From contig JAUNDF010000039.1 in the NCBI GenBank assembly GCA_030526225.1, forward strand, positions 1 through 5,729: DNA of 5,729 bases, read 5' to 3'. The notes under the pieces were generated by a model that did no database searches, had not been told where the DNA came from, and saw nothing but the letters and a program-made list of their open reading frames with translations. Source of the DNA: Clostridia bacterium. GTDB lineage: Bacteria; Bacillota; Clostridia; Christensenellales; Aristaeellaceae. The position numbers and the translations under genes were made by a program. Below, one piece after another: positions 1-4,621 of this stretch; position 1 is the first letter of the stretch, and each line of letters begins with the position of its first letter.

Positions 1-50
1 TGGCAGCTGCAGCTTGGTCGCTTAAGTCGGTCTCACATCATTGACAAATG

Positions 51-174
51 AACAAAACGGGAAAAACCCTCTCAGTCAGCCTGCGGCTGCCAGCTCCCCC
101 AGAGTGGGAGCCTTCAAGATTGCAAGACAAAGGCTCGCCCTTTGGGAGAGCTGTCGCGAAGCGACTGAGAGGGT
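51..174 (-). ncRNA. Candidate structured RNA or second terminator-like element, family unknown
   Basis: A perfect 12-bp long-range stem pairs 66-77 (ACCCTCTCAGTC) with 163-174 (GACTGAGAGGGT). It encloses hairpins 93-98/106-111 (GCTCCC/GGGAGC), 108-114/130-136 (GAGCCTT/AAGGCTC), 134-140/144-150 (CTCgCCC/GGGaGAG) and 153-157/161-165 (GTCGC-GAA-GCGAC). Adjacent hairpins share nucleotides, so they are mutually exclusive alternatives. On the minus strand the closing stem is followed by UUUUCCCGUUUUGUU (65-51), which is the only reason for assigning '-'. No promoter found and no known family recognised. Confidence 0.3.
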
Positions 175-200
175 CTGCACGGCAAATTCGAAACCGGACC

Positions 201-234
201 ACAAAAATACCCGAAGGGCTTTCACCCTTCGGGT
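201..234 (-). terminator. Rho-independent terminator of the large surface-protein gene
   Basis: Perfect 10-bp stem 209-218 (ACCCGAAGGG) / 225-234 (CCCTTCGGGT) with a 6-nt loop. On the minus strand it is followed by ATTTTTGT (208-201). It lies about 27 nt downstream of the TGA stop at 262-264. On the plus strand no T-run follows the hairpin, so it is unidirectional. Confidence 0.8.
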
Positions 235-261
235 ACCGGGATGATTCGGTTGTCAGTTAAA

Positions 262-3200
262 TCAGAAGCCGCCTTCGTTGCTGTCGTTCATGTTGTTTCT
301 CAGCTGGGAGTAATCCCGGTCGGAGCGGCGGGTTCTTCTGCGGGCGGGTGCTTCCCCGGCAGGGGCACTGCCGAAAGCGTCAGCCGCGTTGGATGCACCG
401 AAGGAATTGGACTCACCGAAGGTGCCAGTCGGCTCGGAAGCCTTGGGCGCGGTGAAGGGAGCATCTGTCCCGGCGGAAGCACCGAAGGAATCGGGCTTGC
501 GGTAGGCGGCGGTGAAGTCCGGAGTGGAAGCACTGCCGCTGCCGGACAGATCATGCACCACAGGGTCACCGGCGGGTGCGAAGGGCGTCTCCGGCTTCAC
601 TTCGGGTGTCTGGGGCACAGGACGGCGGTAGGCCGCGTGGTCTGCGCCTGCATTGGGGGTAAAGCTGCTGCCATGTCCGGCGGGTTCTGTGGGCTTGGAG
701 AAGGGCTCTGCGCTGGGCACTGCAGGGCGGCTGTAGGGGCTGCTCTGCTGTCCGTCCGCGGGCCGTGCATAGGGGCTGCGGGCAGCGCTGTTGGGGTTGG
801 TGGGATAGGGCGGTCTGCCCTGCTGGGGCCGTCCGCCGTTGGGACCCTGGGGACGGTTGGGGCCCTGAGGCCGTCCGCCGTTGGGGCGTCCGTTCTGGGG
901 ACCCTTGCCGCGCTTGGGCGGCACAGAGCGCTTGTACACGCTGAAGCCGTATACGCCCGCGCCGATGAGCAGCACGGCCACAATGGCGGCAATGATCCAG
1001 CCGATGGAGGAGGAGCCGGTTTCTTCGGTGGGGTACACCACATCCACGGTGGCCAGAGGCTCAGTGGTGGGGGTTGTGGTGGCTTCGGGGCCGTCAATCT
1101 CCTCAAAGTCGGTCACCAGACCCTTGGCATAAACCTTGCCGGTGTGGGTGTCATACATCACATCATCGGCATCTCCAAGGCTGATGTACTCGTTCTTCAA
1201 GGCATCGGGGCGCACATACAGGTCTTCCTTGGCGGTGTTGATGGCCTTGGAGCCGGATACGGGTGCGTAGCCGCTGCCGGACTTGATGTACACGCCGCTG
1301 AATTCCTGATAGCCTGCCGGTGCATCGGCATTGGGGGCCAGGGTGGTCAGGGGCTTGACCGTGTTCAGGGGCTGGGGCGTTGCAAAGGGATTGAAGGGCT
1401 CGTAGCTGACATTGGCACCGGAGTTGATCCAGGTGTTGACGGTGTTGTCCTCTGCCGGGGTGATGGTGCCGTTGTTGGGTGCGGCAGTCACAGCAGAGCC
1501 GGTATTGTTGGTGTTATTGGTACCGGTGGAGGCCGCGTTGTTGGTCAGGCCCTTCTTGTACTCATCGCTCTTGAGGAACTTGTCCAGCTCGGATACGGTC
1601 AGCTGCTTGAAGTAATCGCCCTGCACGTAGCCGATATTACCGTTGTACTGGACCTTGTACCATGTCACGCCGTTAACATTTTCGGTGCCGTAAATCAGGC
1701 ACAGGGCGTACTGCTTCAGGGTTGCAATGCGGCTGGAGGAAGCAGAGGCGCTCTTGCGGAAGTTGACGGAGGAGGAGGTCACATAGCCGTAGCTGGACAG
1801 GGATTCCTTGTCATAGGGCTGGGGCGTGGTGGAGGGCACGGGAGAAGGCGTGCTCTGCAGACCCGCAATGTAGTCAGCCTGCTCGGAGGCGGACATCATG
1901 CGCAGCATATCTGCACGGATGTAGCCCCACTGGCCGTTGTACTGCACAATGTGCCATGCCGTTCCGGTCTCATCGTAGACCTGCTCGGTGACATACACCA
2001 CGGTGTTCTGCTTGAGCACATCCAGAATCACAGACAGGGAGCTGGGCATGTTGCGGAAGTACACGCCGTCACCCACGGCATAGGCATAGCCGTACTGCAT
2101 CTGAGGCACGGCGGTGGCGGGTGCTTCCGGTGCGGGAGAGGGCGTGGGCGTTTCCTTGCCGGCGTTCCACTGGCGGATGTAGTAATCCGCTTCCTCATCG
2201 GTGATGTAGCGCAGGTGATCGTTGTTCACCTTGCCGGTCACATTGTCGAGGGTGGTGGCGTTGCTCCAGGTGCTGCCGTCGCCGGGGTAGAACTGGCCGG
2301 AGAGCATCAGCAGGGTGGCGCTGTCAAGAGGGGCGATAATGGTGCTGTCGGCGGTGCTGGCCTCGGTGCGCAGTGCGGTGCGCTCGCGGGTCAGGGCATA
2401 GCCGTTGTACTGTTCAGGTTCAGGGGTAAAGGTCGGGGGAGCCGTGGGGGTCGGGGTGGGCTCCTCGGTGGGTGCGGGGGTTTCGGTGGGTGCCTCCGTG
2501 GGCGCCTCAGTCGGTGCCTCGGGGGTCACGCGGGGTGCGGGGGTTGCCAGACCGGCTTCATACTGGTCGCTGTCATACTGGGTCATCACTTCCAGGAATT
2601 CGGACTTGATGTAGCCCTCCTTGCCGTTGTAGACCACCTTGGTCCACATCACGCCCTTGTCATCGGGCTGGGCAACGATCATCCAGACATAAGCGTCCTT
2701 TTTCAGCTCTTCCAGCGTCTTGCCGCCGGGCTTTTTGCGCATCTTCAGCGCACCCTTCAGGGTCTTGCCGTAGCGGTTGATGTAGGTGCCGTCGGGGATG
2801 GGGGTCTCCACCACCATCTCGCGGTAGGTGAAGGTTACCTCGGCAGGCACAGCCTCACCCGCATCGGATACGGCAACCTCCACCGGGCCTGCGGATACGG
2901 GGATGTACTGGGTCAGGTCCACCTGCGTTTCATCGGGGGCGATGGTGGTTGTCTTGCCGCCGTCCAGCAGCAGCTGGCGGGGCTCGGCAATGTCTTCACC
3001 GTTGCACTGGTAGCGCACGGTAATCCATGCGCTCTGGGGAGCGGGCTTGATTTCGCCGCTCTCCTCATCCACGGTTTCCACGCGGTTGTAGGTGAAGACC
3101 ACCTGCGCGGGGTCGGCTTCGCCGTTGGCCACGGTCACCACCACCTCGGTATCGCCGATGGCGGAGTAGCCGTCATTGTCAAAGAAGGTGGGGCTGGCCA

Positions 3201-4425
3201 CCACCTTGTAGCGGCCGTCCTGCGTAAAGGTGGTAGACTGGGGAGAAGCCACCTCGCGGCCCTCCCGGTCGAGATAAATCACGTTGACGGTCACAGGGGT
3301 GTTGGCGGCAGGGGGTGTCTCCAGAGTTTCTTCAAACTCTTCCTCATAATTGAAGACGACCGTTTCCACAGAGGGCACGCCGTTTTCATCCACGGTGACA
3401 ACGCAGCTGTCATCGCCCACCACCTGATAGCCCGCCTGCTGCGGGGCGGTGATGGTCGCGCCGGTGCCGGTGGGGATTTCGATGGTCTGGCGGCCCAGCT
3501 CGGTGCCGTCGGTCAGCTGATACACCACCGTCACGAAGGCAGATGCAGGGGCCGTTTTCACGGGCGCATACACAAACTCTGCCACGGCAGGGGCGGCCAG
3601 ACCGTTTTCATCCACGGTGACGGACACCTGTGCCGCGCTCTGCAGCTGATAGCCCTCAAACTCGCGGGCATAGACGATATTCTCCTCGCCTTCCGTGCAC
3701 AGCACCGTATCGGTATCCAGCACGTTGCCCTCCTGGGTCAGGAAGGTCACAGGCACGGTCACCTGCATGGGCTCACGGGCCACGGCGCGGTAAATAAACT
3801 GCACCGTTTCGGGAATGGTATAGCCGGAGGCATCCACGGTCACGGAGACATAGTCATCCCCCAGCAGGGTATAGCCGTCGAACAGACGGGCGCTGACGAT
3901 GTTCTCCTGACCCTCGGTGCATACCACCGTGTCGGAGGCCAGCACCGTACCATCCTCAGTCTGATAAATCACCGCCACCGGCACGCTTACGGGCAGCACG
4001 GGTTCGGGTTCAGGCTCGGGCATGGGCTCAAAGCCTTCATCGGGCATGGGCTGGGCGGAAATATACAGGGCATACTGGTCCGCCACATTGCCCGCCGCAT
4101 CATAAGCGATGACGGACACGGGGCCGTTATCCACCACGCCCACCAGCTCCTGGCCGTTGTTGACCACCAGCTGCCAGTCGGGGTGATTGGGATGGACAGC
4201 ATCCACAAACACCTGTCCGGCCGGGTCCGTCTGGGCCCAGAAGGACTGGGTGCCGTCCGCCATGGGCATGGCCCATGCGCTGCAATCCTCCATGGCGTCA
4301 TTCATCCAGCTGACCACCAGCTGAAGAGACTGCCAGTCCTCCGCCGCAGATGCGCAGGCGACCAGCGTCACCGTCATCAGCAGCGCCAGGGTGGCTGCCA
4401 GGAGCTTCTTCATCATATTTTTCAT
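262..4425 (-). CDS. Large modular cell-surface protein (1,387 aa): lipoprotein-type signal peptide, Trp-rich N-terminal domain, 5 MucBP-like repeats, 4 SH3b-like domains, C-terminal TM helix, disordered cytoplasmic tail
   Basis: The track ORF is 262..4500. I moved the start to ATG 4425 for two reasons: GGAGG (4433-4437) sits 7 nt upstream, and the N-terminus MKNMMKKLLAATLALLMTVTLVAC is a classic n-h-c signal peptide with an LVAC lipobox. The stop is TGA 262-264, followed by an intrinsic terminator. A TTGACA-N17-TACAAT promoter lies upstream. The translation has recognisable repeat, SH3b-like and TM segments, whereas the opposite-strand translation is featureless G/A/V/H/R-rich sequence. Confidence 0.9.
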   Translation of the reverse strand: MKNMMKKLLAATLALLMTVTLVACASAAEDWQSLQLVVSWMNDAMEDCSAWAMPMADGTQSFWAQTDPAGQVFVDAVHPNHPDWQLVVNNGQELVGVVDNGPVSVIAYDAAGNVADQYALYISAQPMPDEGFEPMPEPEPEPVLPVSVPVAVIYQTEDGTVLASDTVVCTEGQENIVSARLFDGYTLLGDDYVSVTVDASGYTIPETVQFIYRAVAREPMQVTVPVTFLTQEGNVLDTDTVLCTEGEENIVYAREFEGYQLQSAAQVSVTVDENGLAAPAVAEFVYAPVKTAPASAFVTVVYQLTDGTELGRQTIEIPTGTGATITAPQQAGYQVVGDDSCVVTVDENGVPSVETVVFNYEEEFEETLETPPAANTPVTVNVIYLDREGREVASPQSTTFTQDGRYKVVASPTFFDNDGYSAIGDTEVVVTVANGEADPAQVVFTYNRVETVDEESGEIKPAPQSAWITVRYQCNGEDIAEPRQLLLDGGKTTTIAPDETQVDLTQYIPVSAGPVEVAVSDAGEAVPAEVTFTYREMVVETPIPDGTYINRYGKTLKGALKMRKKPGGKTLEELKKDAYVWMIVAQPDDKGVMWTKVVYNGKEGYIKSEFLEVMTQYDSDQYEAGLATPAPRVTPEAPTEAPTEAPTETPAPTEEPTPTPTAPPTFTPEPEQYNGYALTRERTALRTEASTADSTIIAPLDSATLLMLSGQFYPGDGSTWSNATTLDNVTGKVNNDHLRYITDEEADYYIRQWNAGKETPTPSPAPEAPATAVPQMQYGYAYAVGDGVYFRNMPSSLSVILDVLKQNTVVYVTEQVYDETGTAWHIVQYNGQWGYIRADMLRMMSASEQADYIAGLQSTPSPVPSTTPQPYDKESLSSYGYVTSSSVNFRKSASASSSRIATLKQYALCLIYGTENVNGVTWYKVQYNGNIGYVQGDYFKQLTVSELDKFLKSDEYKKGLTNNAASTGTNNTNNTGSAVTAAPNNGTITPAEDNTVNTWINSGANVSYEPFNPFATPQPLNTVKPLTTLAPNADAPAGYQEFSGVYIKSGSGYAPVSGSKAINTAKEDLYVRPDALKNEYISLGDADDVMYDTHTGKVYAKGLVTDFEEIDGPEATTTPTTEPLATVDVVYPTEETGSSSIGWIIAAIVAVLLIGAGVYGFSVYKRSVPPKRGKGPQNGRPNGGRPQGPNRPQGPNGGRPQQGRPPYPTNPNSAARSPYARPADGQQSSPYSRPAVPSAEPFSKPTEPAGHGSSFTPNAGADHAAYRRPVPQTPEVKPETPFAPAGDPVVHDLSGSGSASTPDFTAAYRKPDSFGASAGTDAPFTAPKASEPTGTFGESNSFGASNAADAFGSAPAGEAPARRRTRRSDRDYSQLRNNMNDSNEGGF
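265..933 (-). other. Low-complexity, probably disordered cytoplasmic tail (ORF residues 1190-1412)
   Basis: It begins right after the TM helix with the basic cluster KRSVPPKRGKG (positive-inside rule). Then come GRP/GPN repeats (GRPNGGRPQGPNRPQGPNGGRPQQGRPP), four Y-x-[RK]-P motifs (YARP, YSRP, YRRP, YRKP) and F-centred motifs (SFGAS twice, TFGES, AFGSA, PFTAP, PFAPA). It is rich in P/G/A/S/T and has no hydrophobic core-like segments. Confidence 0.7.
934..1005 (-). other. Single C-terminal transmembrane helix
   Basis: Encodes IGWIIAAIVAVLLIGAGVYGFSVY, 24 uncharged hydrophobic residues. An acidic/Thr-rich segment (PTEETGSSS) precedes it and KRSVPPKRGKG follows it. Confidence 0.85.
1558..2790 (-). 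repeat. Four SH3b-like (SH3_3-type) modules, each followed by a short acidic D-x-Y segment
   Basis: Module coordinates are 2581-2790, 2173-2409, 1867-2094 and 1558-1791. Each shows the bacterial SH3 pattern: [YG]xx..(V/L)x(F/M/L)R..pS..S.(I/L)..L......V, then W(T/H/Y)KV.YNG..GY(I/V)....(L/F). Examples are VMWTKVVYNGKEGYIKSEFL, TAWHIVQYNGQWGYIRADML and VTWYKVQYNGNIGYVQGDYF. The second module is the most degenerate. Pro/Thr/Ser-rich linkers separate the modules. Confidence 0.7.
2410..2550 (-). repeat. Pro/Thr/Glu/Ala-rich interdomain linker containing an exact (EAPT)x3 peptide repeat
   Basis: Encodes LATPAPRVTPEAPTEAPTEAPTETPAPTEEPTPTPTAPPTFTPEPEQ. The EAPT x3 core lies at 2485-2520 as three imperfect 12-nt DNA units: GGTGGGTGCCTC / CGTGGGCGCCTC / AGTCGGTGCCTC on the + strand. 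Confidence 0.8.
2821..3990 (-). repeat. Five tandem ~66-73-aa beta-rich repeats resembling MucBP-type adhesin domains
   Basis: Repeat coordinates are 3784-3990, 3562-3765, 3343-3540, 3082-3300 and 2821-3033. All share the pattern V.V.V.Y...(D/E)G..(L/V)........G.........GY......V.VTV...G......V.F.Y. Repeats 1 and 2 are close copies sharing DTV[VL]CTEG[QE]ENIV.AR.F[DE]GY. The MucBP family assignment is by eye and was not tested with an HMM. Confidence 0.55.
4354..4425 (-). other. Signal peptide with candidate lipobox (L-V-A-C)
   Basis: MKNMMKK forms the positive n-region and LLAATLALLMTVTLVA the h-region. Cys follows at the +1 position of an L-V-A-C lipobox. An alternative SPase I site (A-S-A just downstream) cannot be excluded by eye. 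Confidence 0.7.
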
Positions 4426-4432
4426 TTCTATA

Positions 4433-4437
4433 CCTCC
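4433..4437 (-). promoter_or_regulatory. Shine-Dalgarno site (GGAGG) of the surface-protein gene
   Basis: CCTCC on the + strand is GGAGG on the - strand, 7 nt upstream of ATG 4425. Confidence 0.8.
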
Positions 4438-4507
4438 CCGCAGCGGCAGGGCCGCATGCGAAAAATCAACAAAATCAGAAATCCGGAAAATAAAATACAC
4501 CGATTAT

Positions 4508-4536
4508 ATTGTATATCCTGGGCGTTGCCTTGTCAA
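4508..4536 (-). promoter_or_regulatory. Sigma-A/sigma-70-type promoter of the surface-protein gene
   Basis: On the minus strand: TTGACA (4536-4531), an exact 17-nt spacer (4530-4514), then TACAAT (4513-4508). The predicted TSS is near 4500, giving a T-rich 5' UTR of about 75 nt. Confidence 0.6.
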
Positions 4537-4558
4537 ATGATGCAGCAGGAATTTCCCT

Positions 4559-4588
4559 TTGCCGGTCGAATATTTACATATATATAAA
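4559..4588 (+). promoter_or_regulatory. Candidate promoter of nudF (divergent from the surface-protein promoter)
   Basis: TTGCCG (4559-4564) is followed 16-18 nt later by an AT-rich TATATAAA block (4581-4588) that offers TATATA or TATAAA as the -10. The -35 is weak and the register is ambiguous. Confidence 0.35.
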
Positions 4589-4604
4589 TCAAACAAACAA
4601 CGGC

Positions 4605-4611
4605 AAAGGAG
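4605..4611 (+). promoter_or_regulatory. Shine-Dalgarno site (AAAGGAG) of nudF
   Basis: AAAGGAG ends 10 nt upstream of ATG 4622. Confidence 0.6.
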
Positions 4612-4621
4612 TCGATTGACC

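Noticed and set aside
1-51. Frame open from the left window edge to TGA 49-51, possibly the 3' end of an upstream + strand gene
   Set aside because: Its 16 codons include TTA, AGT, TCT, ATT, CTT and GGT, which are atypical for this genome's coding regions, and no terminator follows on the + strand. It cannot be fully excluded without the flanking sequence.
163-200. Look-alikes of known RNA motifs: CTGAGA (TPP riboswitch core), GGCAAA...TTCGAAA...GGAC (c-di-GMP-I-like), TTCGAA (tRNA T-loop-like)
   Set aside because: The remaining conserved elements are missing. There is no ACCC...AACCTGATC...GGATAATGCC for TPP, no GNRA hairpin with receptor and ACGCAAAGCC for GEMM-I, and no 5-bp T-stem or cloverleaf for a tRNA. 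The short matches are probably chance.
41-260. Two overlapping small + strand ORFs (41-244, 48-260; 67 and 70 aa)
   Set aside because: Neither has a Shine-Dalgarno site upstream of the start. Both run straight through the structured stems and the terminator hairpin. Their codon usage is inconsistent with the strong GC3 bias of the real genes.
604-624. RPVPQTP in the tail matches the eukaryotic class I SH3 ligand consensus RxxPxxP, suggesting binding to the protein's own SH3b domains
   Set aside because: The predicted topology puts the tail in the cytoplasm and the SH3b modules outside the cell. Bacterial SH3b domains generally bind cell-wall peptides, not PxxP ligands. Such a motif is also expected by chance in a Pro-rich tract.
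2410-2550. Short periodic repeats considered as a CRISPR or VNTR-like array
   Set aside because: The repeats have a 12-nt period, are imperfect, lie in frame and encode a Pro/Thr linker (EAPT x3) inside the CDS. There are no spacers or CRISPR-sized repeats.
300-4301. Other internal alternative-frame ORFs (300-569, 597-1106, 881-1132, 1412-1615, 2405-2614, 2828-3013, 3987-4301)
   Set aside because: All are nested in the large CDS in other frames. They are Pro/Ala/Arg/Gly-rich, as expected from GC-rich off-frame translation, and have no independent start signals.
4426-4500. 25-codon N-terminal extension of the large ORF (MYFIFRISDFVDFSHAALPLRGGIE)
   Set aside because: ATG 4500 sits at the predicted transcription start and has no SD site. 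The extension includes the SD site and 5'-UTR hairpin of the downstream ATG 4425, and it would bury the signal peptide.
241-4587. 1,448-aa plus-strand ORF, the longest ORF in the window
   Set aside because: It is an exact same-register antisense of the 262-4425 gene. Its translation is featureless G/A/V/H/R/L-rich low complexity with no signal, domain or Shine-Dalgarno site. Its start at 241 lies just past the minus-strand terminator hairpin (209-234). The minus-strand gene has a promoter, an SD site, a signal peptide, recognisable domains and a terminator. Absence of TTA/CTA/TCA codons in the real gene explains the open frame.
4559-4621. TTG-initiated 21-codon extension of nudF given in the ORF track
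   Set aside because: It overlaps the AT-rich promoter-like region and contains the AAAGGAG SD site that serves ATG 4622. NudF homologues as I recall them begin near the MELNN position.
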